This document shows positions 44,517-56,706 of a stretch of 64,000 nucleotides of DNA, piece by piece. The notes beneath the pieces were generated by a model. That model had not been told where the DNA came from. It was given only the letters and a program-made list of their open reading frames with translations, and did not search any database. The stretch is from Hyaloraphidium curvatum SAG 235-1. Taxonomy: Eukaryota; Fungi; Monoblepharomycota. Position numbers and translations under genes: made by a program. The stretch lies in assembly GCA_025558095.1 (NCBI GenBank), contig JAIVFI010000023.1, positions 635,275 through 699,274 on the forward strand. Direction: 5' to 3'. Position 1 is the first letter of the stretch, and each line of letters opens with the position of its first letter.

Positions 44517-45979
44517 GCCGCGCCGCCCGGCGCCGCACTCGGCTAGCTCGGGAGAGCGCGCAGAGGCCGGTGATGGTTGCCCGCCGCGCCGCGGAGGCGG
44601 GGGGGCGCCGGCGGGTGATGCTCAAAGCAGAGAAACGGCATCCGCGCTGCGGCGATGCCACGTCCCCTCCACCCGCACCCCGTGATGCCGTCGCGCCCGC
44701 CGCCGGAAAGGCAAAAATCGCCTTATGCTCCTCTCAATATTTGAACGGCGGGGTGATGCCGCTGAAGCCAGCACTCGGATGCAACACCGACGATGGCGAA
44801 GCCTTGCGGTCAGGCACCGGTCCCCCCCGAGTCAGATGGCCGTTTTCCACCCTCAGCTTGGTTCCGCCCTATTCAAACTAATGATAGCTCCAGGACGAGG
44901 CACCCATCAGGCCTTAACTGAACCGGCCGTTGCAACCGGACCGCCGCAAGGTCCCCGCCCCGGCGCCCGTGCGGCCGGCCGGCCGCACTCAGCATCAGGT
45001 GCCGTACAGAGCCTCGTTTCCGATTGTACATCTTTCGAATATACCGTCCGGCCCGGTAGTGCTGCATATCCATCGGTTCCCATCGTCCACTTGGCCGGCC
45101 GACCCCATCCGACTTTCCCCGATCGCCCCATCACCCCTGCCGCTCCCTGCCCCACCCCGACGCACGGCACCCTTCCTCGGAGCCCATCTCAATCACGAAA
45201 GCCCACATTCGGAGCCCCACCGTCGCCCGGACTGCCGGGGGCAACTCCCCCTCCGGTCCCTTCCGCCCCAGCCACATCCCCAACCCGCCTCCCCGAACGG
45301 CCCGTCTGCCGCGCCGGGGGGCCATCGATGGTACCTGTGGATGGGTATATCTAGGTTGATGGATGACACGGGGTGAGGATGGAGGGGTGAGAGGGGGATG
45401 ATGCTTCGTGGGGACGCCGCCGCGGCACCCGATCCTCCGGAACGGGCGAGCCGTTCCGCGGACGCTCCCGGCAGCGAAACTCGGCACCGGTCGGCGGCGC
45501 AGCTGCCCGAGGGCTGGATGGGCTCGGGACCGGGATGGATGCCGTCCGGAGCCGGCGGGTGGCCGCAGGATCACGCGCGATCAGCTGGGCGCGCTTGGCC
45601 GCAGGCGTCGAGGGTTCCAGGTGGCTTCGCGGCCTGGTGCCACGAACGAATAGGGGAGATGGATAAGACATCAAAACCTCAGCCGCTCTTTGCTCCCCCC
45701 GGGCCGACTGATGCGAGATGGTAAGGGCGGGAGGGAGTGCCACTGCCCTCGTCTCCCACGGCCTACAGCGTTCTGCGGTCCTTACACGGCCGGAAACAGT
45801 AAATTCCGTCTTCTCCAACCATCTTTCTCCGCCGCCTTCGGGCATCGATGCCGGGAAACGCCCCGCCCCGCGACAGAGACGGCCACTTCAGGGTCCCCAC
45901 ACGAGCGCCATCGCACCCTGTGCCCCTGAACTCCACGAATCTCTTCCCCGTGCCTCATTATCCCCCTGCGCAAACAACA

Positions 45980-46556
45980 ATGGCCGACGCCCCCGCCACC
46001 GGCTCCTGTACGCCCCGCCCCCCGCCCGCCGTACGTCGCCCGCAGCTGCCTAAAATCCGACCCCCGGGAACAGCCCTGAAGGACGGAATCAAGAGCCTCC
46101 TCGAGCACCTCCAGACCGACAAGGGCAAGGAGACCCTCGGCAGTGCGCCCCCCCCCCTCCGCGCAGACTGCAGTGCGGTAGCTGATCCCCGGCCGCCCCA
46201 CGCAGAGATCGGCGAGGCGCTGCAGGACCCGCGCGTCAAGGAAAAGCTCGCAGGTACCCTCTTTCCCTTGCCCTTCCGCGTGGCGAGATTGACCCCGCGC
46301 GCGTATGCAGAGCTCAAGGACAAGTGGGACCACCTCGACAAGGACAAGCTCAAGGAGAAGCTTTCGGAGCTCGGTTCCGCTTTGGACAACCCCGAGAACA
46401 AGGACGCCATCGCGCGTACGTCCTCCCCTCCAGTCTCCCCACGAGGAAGATGCTGATGGTTTGGGTGCCGCAGAGCTCAAGGAGGCGTTCGCGAGCGGGG
46501 ACAAGGCCAAGGCCGAGGCGGCGATGAAGGAGATCGCGGAGAACCAGAAGGACTAG
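45980..46556 (+). CDS. Small charged helical protein (about 100 aa, 5 exons)
   Basis: MADAPAT|ALKDGIKSLLEHLQTDKGKETL|..QDPRVKEKLA|ELKDKWDHL...|ELKEAFASGDKAKAEAAMKEIAENQKD*, joined by four canonical short introns. Confidence 0.7.
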
Positions 46557-46839
46557 GGGCGCCGGGAGGGATGTTGCTCTGCGGAGGGAAGATGGGGGGC
46601 CGCGGAACGAGTGCCGCGAGGCGCGGCGCGGGTCCGTCCTCTGATGAGCCGATGAGGTGCCGGCCTCTCTTCGAGCTCGGGGTCCCCTCGCTTTCATTGC
46701 CCTTCCGCTTTGCCCCCCTCCCCCTCTTCCCCTGGAACACATCCCGGTCTCGCAGTACTTGTCGGCCCCTCCCTTGCCCGTCCCGCCGCAATCCACTCCG
46801 CCCGAACCGCGTCCGCCCGCATGCCACCCCCCACCCCCT

Positions 46840-47250
46840 TCAACCCCTCATGTGCACCGCCGCCGCCGCGATCCACGCGTTGCACCAGATCAGGAAGCTC
46901 AGCGCGCGCACCTCCCCCTCCTTGGAGTCCAATCCGTACGGGAAGGGCGGGTACAGGAAGCTCGTACCGTCGAGCAGCCCCGCGGCCAAAAGGCCGGCGC
47001 ACACCCCGTGGATGATCTTGTCCTTGGGCACCCCGATCAGTTCGAAGCCCTTGATCGTGAGCCACGCGTTGGGCGGGCCGACGGCGAGCAGCGCCAATTG
47101 GGCGGCGGCGGGGGACAGCCCGAGGCCCCCGCCAACCGCGGAGAACCAGGTGTCCTTCAGGAGGCGGATAAAGACGAGGCCCTGCCCGTAGAGCGCGAGG
47201 CCGTAGAGGGCGGAGCGGATGCCGAGGGGGGAGGAGAGGAAGCCGGACAT
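46840..47250 (-). CDS. Small hypothetical 4-TM membrane protein
   Basis: Hydrophobic ORF of about 136 aa with coding-like codon usage; start uncertain. Confidence 0.55.
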   Translation of the reverse strand: MSGFLSSPLGIRSALYGLALYGQGLVFIRLLKDTWFSAVGGGLGLSPAAAQLALLAVGPPNAWLTIKGFELIGVPKDKIIHGVCAGLLAAGLLDGTSFLYPPFPYGLDSKEGEVRALSFLIWCNAWIAAAAVHMRG

Positions 47251-47618
47251 GGCGCGGGATGTGGTCTTGGGGAGACGGTAGTTGGAGTCGATCAAAATAG
47301 GCCCTGAAAAGTCTGCGCGGAGTTACCTGCGGATAGTCCGCAAGGGACCGTAGCAGCCATGTCCCTTCGGATGAGGTCGGACTCGTGCGTAGCAGAGACA
47401 ATGGATGGATACATTGGAAGCTGGTTTCGATGTGTTGCTCCTTCGATGACGAGCTAGACGGCGGAAGCCGTCGCCTGGCAACTGCAAGACACTCGGCCAA
47501 CCTGGACACAATCGGTGCCCAGGCAGATGATCCAACGGGTCAGCAATCAAAATTCTAAATATGCTTCACAAGACGGGTTATCGCGCAGCATCGCATCCTC
47601 CGCGCAAGTGTCGCCGCA

Positions 47619-48593
47619 TCAGAGCTTCCCCTCGAACGGCAGGTACGTCCCGATCTCCAGCGGCCTCCCCTCCGGATCCCGGAAAAAGATCTCCCCCCCC
47701 CCCCCCCCCCGAATCAGCTCCATGAGCATGCCATCCGCCCGGTGAACCCACCTGCACTGCCTTGCTCTTCGGCAGCCCGAACCGCGTGTAGCTCACCCCC
47801 CACATCCGCAGCCGCTCCTCGGCGGCGTCGATGTCGCGCACCTGGAACGCGATATGCCGCCCGCGCCGGAGGGAGCGCGGGTCGAACTCGGATTCGGGGG
47901 CCGTATGCGGGGAGGGGGGGGCGGGGGTGTCGGGGAAGAACTCGGGGTCGGGGGGGAAGAGGTGCACCATGAGATTGCCGTGCTGCGGGGAGAAAAGGCG
48001 GCGAGGACGGGAGCAGTTGGCAGGAGGAAACGTGCCAGGCAGACGTGCGGCCAGGTGAAAGCGGTTTCCGTCAGCTCGAGTCCGCGGAGTTGGAGCACGG
48101 GGAACGCCCACCAGGAGCCAAGCGCCAGGGAACGGGAACTGAGGCCTCGGTATCCGGGTGAAGCCGAGCACGTTGACGTAGCTGGTCAACACGCGAGTCA
48201 ATCGCGAAGTCGACAGAGATAGCGAGCACGCGACCGAGAGCGTCCGGCACGGAAAAGAACACAGTATCAGGCGAATCCGACGCGTCAGAACGCCGCTGGA
48301 ACCCACAACGCCGCCGTCTTCTCGATCTCCCGGCTGTCGAACGCGATGTGGTTGACGCTCTCGATCCCCACCGGTTCCGGTCCCTCGGCCGCCGTGTCCG
48401 CCGACGGCGCCTCGAACCGCACCGTGACGAATTCCTCGCCCAGGTAGTTTGCCCCCCGGATCATGGTTGCCGGGCGCGAGCCGGGGGCGTCGGCGGGGAG
48501 GATGGCGCCGGCGGGGGAGACGGAGACGGAGGTCGAGGACGCGATGCGGGGGGAGAAGGGCGGCACCGACGGCGATGCGGCCGCGGCGGACAT
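47619..48593 (-). CDS. Glyoxalase/VOC-family protein, multi-exon
   Basis: VNHIAF...F|YVNVLGF..IPRP.FPFPGAWL...HIAFQVRDID...Q|IFFRDPEGRPLEI; ends GKL*. Confidence 0.85.
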
Positions 48594-48749
48594 TTGTGAA
48601 CAATGGTTTGAGGGGCCGGGAAAGCTCGGACAGGCCGTAGGGTGAGTCGAGGTCCTGTCGATGGCCGGGCGAGTGCGGGCGCAACTGCAACCCGCTGTGC
48701 ACCCCCAGCCGCGACTCTTCTTGAAACCCATTAATTGATCGGAAGTAGT

Positions 48750-50077
48750 TCAAGTTGTAGGCCACCAAGCCGAATTCCCCGTGTCTCCCACCTCCGGCGG
48801 CGAGCCGCACAGCGAATCCCCCCGCGCCGAGCCGTACCCGCTGTCCCCGGCGGGCAAGCCCACATCCGACAGCTCCAGCTCGCCAAAGTCGTTGAGGTGG
48901 ACCAGCCACCCGTCGCCGGAGCCGGACGGCCCGTCCGGGATCGGAAAGTCCGCGCCGACCGAGTGACACTCCCCCGCGGCGTCCATCCATGCGTGGGCGA
49001 GGGCCTCGCTGGCCGTCATCCGGCTGGTCGGGTCAGGCTGCAAGAGTCCGGAAAGGAATGACCTCAGGTCCGCCGGCGCGGTTTCTGGGAACTCGATCTG
49101 CGCCGCGCCGATCTGCCTGTACAGGTCCGCGAAGGAAGTGACGAGCTCGAAGGGGGTGTGCCCGTGGATGAGCTGGTAAAGGATGCATCCGAGCGACCAC
49201 ATGTCGACCGCGCTGTCGTAGGGTCGGCCACCGACAATCTCGGGCGCGAGGTAGTAGGGCGTCCCCGCCAAGGACCGCAAGCCGATCGGGCTGGGAGTGT
49301 CGACGGAGCTCGCCGAAGAGGCGGAAGAGCTCGATGCGTGCTGCGGTGGTACGAGTAAAGAGGTCTCGGTCGCCGGCCATCCGTCGTCCGAGGGCGAGAG
49401 AGGTTGGGCCCGGGGCGGCTCGGCCCGCGTGGCGCCCGCCTCGTCCAGGACGACCGCGGAGCCAAAGTCCGCGAGGCACAGGGTCTCGGCCGGCCGATCA
49501 ATGTCGCGGATGAGCACGTTGGCCGGCTTCAAGTCGCGGTGCACGACCCCCTGGGAGTGCAGGAAGAATAGCGTCCGGAGGAGGGTGCCTGAGATGGCCC
49601 GGACTTCCCCGTCGGGCAGCCGGCCGCCCCGCATGGAGAGGTATCGTTGCAAATCCTGTGAGGGGCACGAGCGAGTCAGTCGGAGCAGGGCGTGGGGCAC
49701 GCCACACCCACCGGCCCTTCGCAGAATTCGAGCACGACGTAGTGCTTGCTCTTCGACTCGAAGTGCTCGACGAACCCGACCACGTGGGGGTGGCGGTACC
49801 GCTCGAGGATCCGCAGCTCCCGCCGCAGGGCCACGGGCTCCCCGCCCGACGGGTTCTTGAGGTACGACTTGCAGGCGAACAGCTCCGCGGTGTCCTCCCG
49901 GCCCGCCAGCCGAACCGAGGCCTGCGTCCCGGAGCCGAGCGACCGCAGCATTCGGTACGCTCTTCGCCGCCGTCGCCCTTCTGCAGCGACCTCCTTTGGC
50001 AGGGGTGGCGCGGGAAGGACCGGCGCGGCGCCCGGGAAGCGACGGACTGCGGCGAGCGGGAGGGGCGGAGACGCCAT
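48750..50077 (-). CDS. Ser/Thr protein kinase (CAMK/ULK-like), copy A
   Basis: LGSGTQASV, ACK, HRDLKPAN, ADFG, GTPYYLAPE, DMWSLG; one intron at ~49655-49712. Confidence 0.9.
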
Positions 50078-50873
50078 CTCCCCGGCACGGCCGTCCGCAC
50101 GCCGCCGGCGGGCCGCTCAGGGAGGAGGAGGCGGGGAGGCACGTCAGGGCAAGGATTCCGATGGCGGGGAAGCGGGCACCGTCGGCCACCGAGCCAAGAC
50201 GCGGCCATTTGGCTCCGGTCCTCAAAACACACTTTGCCACGGTCAGCCTAGTCGGGGCCAGAGCAGTCGGTGCAACTTCCGGCCGCGGATGTCGTCGGAA
50301 CATCGTTCGAGATGCACCCGGAAATAAAGCCGAGGGTCGCTCAGCCAGTTCCGTACCGGGCGGTTGTGGGACGCGCAAGAGTGTTGCGGGTCCGCCCGAC
50401 GGATTGCCCAGCCCCCGGGAAATCGGACCAGGTAGCCGCCCGGACGGCGGTAAAGTCGCATTGACTCAAGCATGAGGAGGCGGGAATCTCTTTCACTGGC
50501 GTCCGCGAGCACGGAGCGGACGTGTTCTGTCGGGGCTCGGAGTTGATTCCGGACAGCGCAGCTGCGCAAACGGGCCGCGTCCCAGGCAAGCGACATGCAC
50601 ACCACGCCAGGCCCGGTGCGTCCCATGCGTCCCTAGCTCATGACACGGTATGTCCCTCAATCCTGAAGAACGTGCGAGAACGGAAAGCTCCTCGGCGGAC
50701 GAGGGCACCGCGGACTCCCCTTAACTCGGCCCTTCCATTCCATTCGGTTCTATGTGTGCGTCAGCATGCGACCTAGGCTACAGCCCCTTTCCCGACTCGC
50801 CGTCTCCCTGCGGCCCAGCAACAGCAATGGCGTCCCCCGCGCCCCGAAGCAAGCACCTTCCCCGTCCCATTTT

Positions 50874-51572
50874 TCAGCCCGCCTCCGACTCCCTCCAGTC
50901 GCACAGCGAGTCCGCCTTGGCGGAGCCGTACCCGCTGTCCCCGCCCGCGGTGACGCTCACGTCCGAGAGCTCCAGCTCCCCCAGCTCGTTCAGGTGCACC
51001 AGCCACCCGTCCGACCCCGCCCGGTCCACCTCCGGCAGCCCGCCGGCGCCCTCCTCGAAGTTCATCCACGGGTGTGCCAAGGCGTCGCTGGACGAAAGCC
51101 GCCGCGAGGGGTCGGGGTGCAGCAGGCCGGCGAGGAAGGAGCGCAGCGCTGGGGAGGAGGCGTCGGGGAAGTCGATCTCGGCGGCGAGGATCTGCCGGTA
51201 GAGGTCCGAGAAGGAGGCGACGAGCTCAAAGGGGGTGCGGCCAAAGAGGAGCTGGTAGATGATGCAGCCCAGTGACCAGAGGTCCACGCCGCTGTCGTAC
51301 GGCCTGCCGGCGACGATCTCGGGCGCCAGGTAGTACGGCGTCCCGGCGAGAGTCCGCAGCCCCTCCGCCGCGGTCGCGGCTGTGGGGGAGAACGCAATCG
51401 AAGGCCTCCGGATCATGGGACTGGGGAAAGACTCTGTCGACTGCGAGCCGTCGTCCGAGCCGTCGGCGAACTTCGCCCGGGGCGGCTCCGTCGGCGGGGT
51501 GCCCTCGTCCTCGATGTAGGCCGAGCCAAAGTCCGCCAGGCAGAGGGTTTCCGCGGGCCGCAGGATGTCGCG

Positions 51573-51605
<33 letters not shown>

Positions 51606-52125
51606 GACCACGCCCTGCGAGTGCAGGAAAAAGAGCGTCCGCAGGATCGTCCCGGCTATGCCGCGGACTTCGGCCTCGGCGAGCCGCCCGCCGCGCAGGG
51701 AGAGGTACCGCTGCAGGTCCTGGGGCAGAAGGCGGGTCAGCACGGGCACTGCGTCATGGCACTGGCCGCCCCACCTGCCCGCCGCAGTGCTCCAGCACGA
51801 GGTACGACTTGAGCCGCGTCTCGAAGTGCTCCTCCAGGCGCACGACCCCCGGGTGGCGGAAGCTCTGGAGGATGCGCAGCTCGCGCCGGAGCCCCACCGG
51901 GTCGCCGCCGGCGGGCGGTTTCACGTAGGCCTTGAGCGCAAACAGCTCCTCCGTGCCGTCCCTGCGCGCGAGCCTCACGGAGGCCTGCGTGCCGGAGCCC
52001 AATGAATGGAGCATCTTGTACGCCCTCCGTCTCCGGCGGCCCTCGGAGGCCACCTCGCGGGGCACCGGCTGCGGGGACGCCGGCGGCGGCCCCGGGCGCC
52101 CCGGCGGCGGCCGTGGCCCGTCCAT
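50874..52125 (-). CDS. Ser/Thr protein kinase (CAMK/ULK-like), copy B, tandem paralogue
   Basis: Same motifs and same intron position as copy A. Confidence 0.9.
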
Positions 52126-52864
52126 GGGTGGGGCCAGCGCTCCAAAAAGCAGCTGCAGTGGCTGCCTGTTGCAGCGCGGACAGCTTTTGCGTGGAAATTC
52201 CTCCCGAATCGGACCGGTCGGGGGTGGCCAGCCAGGCGGGTAGCAAGCTTCAAAAGACCCTTTCTTCGGAAACCTGCGGTGGCAATCGTCCAGTGAGCAA
52301 CGGTGGCAAAAGCAGTTCGCCAGGTCATTGGCAATGTTGCTGCCGTCGTTCCTGTGCGCTCGATGGACCTCTGTCGGCCACAGGATCGCCGGGATCTGCG
52401 GCCGTCGTGGCCGAGGCCCAGGCCCGAGCCGCTTGGCCGCAAGGCCCGAAGTTGGGACAGGCACGTTGACTAACCGGGGACCCAGGGTAGGGAGACTTTG
52501 GGACTCAGGTCGGTTGCGAAGCCTGCTGGCAAGCACGGATTCGGCAAAGCTGGAGGGGCTTGATTGGCGGGAGGCGGTTTCTTGGCGCGAGACGCGATCG
52601 GGAACCTCGGGGAGGATCGGCGGCCATGACGGCGAGATGCTTCCGTCCCACGTCCCGAACGGGCGACGCTCTTCGATGCATGCCATACCTTACACAGGAT
52701 GCGCCACCATACCGTGCTCTGCGCATGCCGATCGCCCCCCGAACCCGCGCCTCCCACACCCGCCCTCGAGCCGCCGCGGTGCGCGAAGAGTTCCCGCCGC
52801 GCGGCGGAACCCGCGGCGTCCCAGGTCTTCCCGCTCCCCGATCCCGCCACCGGGAAGTCCGGCA

Positions 52865-54052
52865 TCAGAACAGCGCCCGCCCGCCGGGTTCGTCCGCCGC
52901 CGCCTCGGCCGCCGCCTCCCCTCCCTCGGGCTGCTCGGCGCCGCGCTTGCGCCGGTTCGTGAGCCAGTCGTGGGTCTGCAGGCAGCGGTACCGCCACTGG
53001 AAATCTGCGGGTCCCGGGCGGTGAGAGGCGTGCGGGTCAGCGAGGGCAGGCGGGGCGCACATTCGTCGGCGGTGCCGAAGAGGATGTCCCAGAAGGGGAT
53101 GCCGGCGTAGATCCCGTAGTTGCCCTCGAACTTGCGGTGGTGGTCTGCCGCACAGCTCACAATCAGGACCGGAGGAGCATTCCCTGCGCGACCGCCCACA
53201 GTTGTGGAACATGCTGTTGGTCGCACCCGGGATCGCGTACCCCGAGTGCTCGCACGCAGAGCCCCACTGGTGCATCCCGACAAAGAACCACGCCGTGCTG
53301 GGGTGCACGGGGAGCAGGTGCAGGAGCAGCACCGAGGGGGCGGTCTGGAAGGCGTGCTCCAGGGGGGTGGCGAAGAGGTTTGCGGCGGCGAAGGGGTTCG
53401 TGTGCGCGTGGTGCCTGGCGGAGGCGTCAGCGAGAAGTACTGAGCGCCGCGTGAGGGAGACGAACCACTTGTGCACCCAGGAGTAGATGCCGGGGAGGTG
53501 CAAGATGCGGTGCGTGAAGAAGATCCACGACTCCGTGAAGAGCTCGCACAGGACCATCTCCCTGACCGATTCCCACGCCGACGGGATCCTCGACGCGCGC
53601 TCCACCCCGCCGCGCCGCACCCAGATCGGCGCCATGAGCTTGCTGATCGGGGCGATGACAAAGTACGAGGTGGCGAGGTTGAAGAGCGCGATTTTGGCCA
53701 TGTACCATGGGGACGGCGGCCCGCGCTCCTGGATCCGGAGGTCGTACAGGAAGCGAGGCCGGCGGAGCACGTCGAGTAGGGCAAACAACGCGGCGGCGGT
53801 CCAGAACGACGCAAAAGCGACTTTGCCCGTCACGGCGTTCATCAGGTACTTTGCGCGCTTCGTGCCGTCCGGGATGCGCTGCCCGAGCTCCGCGTAGAAG
53901 CGCCGCCCGCGTTCGGATTTGTTGAAGAGCACGAGCGCGGCGCAGAGGGCGACGAAGGGCACGGCGACGCGAGCGGGCAGAGCCTACCGAATCGATCCAA
54001 AGCAGGTTCAAGACAGACACGATCCGCTCTTCTAGGGACCCGAAAGTCCCAT
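52865..54052 (-). CDS. Fatty acid hydroxylase / sterol desaturase-methyl oxidase superfamily (ERG3/ERG25-like)
   Basis: His boxes HRILH, HK.HH and FHN|YHHRKFEGNYG...WD.LFGT across introns; N-terminus uncertain. Confidence 0.82.
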
Positions 54053-54322
54053 GCTTTGTTGAGTTTCGTTGAGTGGAACGCCCCCGGGTCCCCTCGACTC
54101 GACTCGTCTCCCCACCCTGTCCTCCATCCTCCAAAACCACCCTGCCTTCCGCCCCTGCTTGACGTCTGTGATTGGATCGCGAACTTCTCATCCGGTCACA
54201 TCACTCGCTGCGGTTGTAGGTCGCGCCCGTCGGGGCCGCTGACACAGCGCACCTCGACGACGCGTCCCCGGACAATCGGTCCTACATCGCCCCAAACGGA
54301 CCTCCAGCGCCCTCAAAACACC

Positions 54323-55692
54323 ATGTCCGCCGCCCCGCAGACCTTCTACAAGCGCCCCCTCCCGCCCTCCCTCGTCCCCTTCTCCTCCCCAGAGGGCCGA
54401 GCCATCTTTTCCCGCGCGATGTCCGCCGCCCCGTCCCCCGGCACCTCGGCCATGGACGCCTTCTTCCTCCTGATCGCGCACCTCGTCACGCAGGCCGACC
54501 CCGCGTTCTGCGGCCTGGGCACGCTGGCGACGGTGCTGAACGCTTTAGAAGTGGACCCCGGCCGCCCGTGGAAGGGCGTGTGGCGGTACTACGACGAGAC
54601 GCTGCTGGACTGCTGCAGGCCGTTGGAGACGGTGCGGAAGCAGGGCATCACGCTGGACGAGTTTGCGTGCCTGGCACGGTGCAACGGATTGCGGGCGGAC
54701 GTGTTTCGGGCGGACGCTTCCACGGAGGAGGAGTTCAGAAGGGCCATCGAGCTCACCTCGTCGTACGCGAGCAAGGGTAGCGGCGCGCCCGCGGTGCTCT
54801 GCGTCGCGTACCACCGCGGCACCCTCGGGCAGACCGGCGACGGGCACTTTTCCCCCGTCGGGGGGTGGTCCCCCGCCGACGACCGCGTGCTGGTGCTGGA
54901 CGTGGCGCGGTTCAAGTACCCGACCTACTGGGCCGACGTGCGCACGCTGTGGGAGAGCCTGGGGAGGGTGGATTCCGTGAGTGGGCGGCCGAGGGGGTTC
55001 GTGGTGCTCTCGCGGGCGGGGGATCCGCCGCCGTTCGGGGGCGCCGTGCCGGCGAACGACAGGGGGGCCGACGCGACGCCGGTGACCTCGCTGGGGCTGA
55101 CCACGCTCACCTTCCGGCACTTTTACGAGGCCGCGAACCGAGCCCCCGACGCCCCGGTGGATTCGGCGGAGGAGCTGGCGCGGTGGGTGCTGGCGCGCGT
55201 GAAGGAGGTCACCTCGGGGATGGCGGACGGCGGGGGGTCGTACAGCATCGTCGATCGGGTGGGGAGGGCGGCGATCGCCGCGGGGGACCCGGTGGCGGTC
55301 GGGCAGATGGGGGAGGCGGGGGGGGCTTCCGTGGCGGACGGGCAGTGGGACGCCGTGGAACGCGCCGTGTCGTGGGTCTCCCTCGTGCGCCGGACCCGGA
55401 CCGCGATCGGCTCACCGCGATGCTCCACAGAAACCACCCCATGTTCCACATCGCCGCGTCGCTCTCCCCGCAACCCGCATCCCCGCACCTCGCCGCTTTC
55501 ACCCTGCTCCTCCTCCTCCCGCGCCTCCCCGCGCTGCGCTCCTCCCCCTCAACGGCGGCGCTGCTGGCCAGGATGCTCCCCCATTTGGACCGCGCGCTCG
55601 AGGGGGACGGCGAGGCGGCGAAGGCGGAGCTGGAGAACCTGGGGAGGCAGTGGGATGCGCTGCGGGGCCAGTGCTGCGCGGGCGACGGGTGA
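54323..55692 (+). CDS. PCS1: Phytochelatin synthase
   Basis: TFYKRPLP, QADPAFCGL (catalytic Cys), WKGVWR, LDCC, GQTGDGHFSPVGG (His), LDVARFKYP (Asp); short C-terminal exon ending QCCAGDG*. Confidence 0.92.
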
Positions 55693-55827
55693 TCTTCGCG
55701 GGGTGCCTCGAGGGAGTGAGATTGTGGATCAGCGACCGAGTACATATCATGATAAGGAAACGCAGTAGAGTCATGTCACGGTGAATCAGAGTGAAGCAAG
55801 AAAGAGTCCCGTCCGGCTCCTCCTTCC

Positions 55828-56706
55828 TCACAGCCGGCCGGCGCCAGCCAACGCCGCCTCGGTCCACCCCCGCTCCAGCTCCCCCAGCGTCCGCCGGATC
55901 GGCTCACGCAGCTCCTCCACCTTGAAGTAGACCACGCTCAGCCCGCCCGCCGCCAGCAGCGTGACCCCGGCCGGCAGCGGGACCACCATGCTGGCGAGTG
56001 CCCAGCCCATGGCCCCGCCGGTGCCGTGCAGCGCGGCCACGAGGAAGGCGAGGAACAGTAGGAGCTGCGCGGCGCGGGAGGCCAGGTCGAGCCGGGCCAC
56101 CGAGTGGAAGTAGTCGCGTCCGGCGGCCGAGGCCAGCGGGATCGGCCTGCGGACCAGGGGTTCCGGGCCGTGCGACGGCCTTCGGGAGGCCAGCGAGAGC
56201 ACGCGCGGTGTCGCCGAGCCGCGGCGGTGCCTCAGCGGGCCGGCCAGCGCCACGGCGAGCGTCACGCGCGGGGCGTCCCCGGCCACGGCAAACACCCTCT
56301 CGAGGCACCGCTCGGTGCGGCGCAGATCCACCCGGAGGGGCACCTCGCTCACGACGAGCGTGCGCAGCGGGTGCGCGGGGCCGGCGCGGGCCACGGCCGC
56401 GGCAAAGGCGTCGAGCTTCCTGTACGGCACCGTGGCCGAGGCGAGCAGCGCCGGCAGGAACGCCGCCGCCCACTGCCGGCACACCAGCGCGCACGCCAAC
56501 AATGAGGCCGAGTCGGTCACGTGCAGCGGCGCGTCCGCATCGCCCGCCCGGCCGGCGGGGGCGGAGCCGGGCACGGCAAAGGCGACGAAGTGCGCGATCC
56601 GCCCCAGCAGCTCCGGCGGCAGCGCCGGCGGGGGCCCACGGCGCGGCTTGGCGGGCTCCTCGCGGGCGGCCAGGAGCGACCCCCGGCGCAGGCGGTTGAG
56701 CGGCAT
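55828..56706 (-). CDS. F-box-like protein with C-terminal TM helices
   Basis: ALPPELLGRIAHFV...LLACALVCRQW; two hydrophobic segments near the C-terminus. Confidence 0.65.
   Translation of the reverse strand: MPLNRLRRGSLLAAREEPAKPRRGPPPALPPELLGRIAHFVAFAVPGSAPAGRAGDADAPLHVTDSASLLACALVCRQWAAAFLPALLASATVPYRKLDAFAAAVARAGPAHPLRTLVVSEVPLRVDLRRTERCLERVFAVAGDAPRVTLAVALAGPLRHRRGSATPRVLSLASRRPSHGPEPLVRRPIPLASAAGRDYFHSVARLDLASRAAQLLLFLAFLVAALHGTGGAMGWALASMVVPLPAGVTLLAAGGLSVVYFKVEELREPIRRTLGELERGWTEAALAGAGRL

Noticed and set aside
44520-45970. Long intergenic region, possible ncRNA or small gene
   Set aside because: No tRNA, snRNA or rRNA signature and no convincing coding pattern recognised; probably divergent promoters and UTRs.
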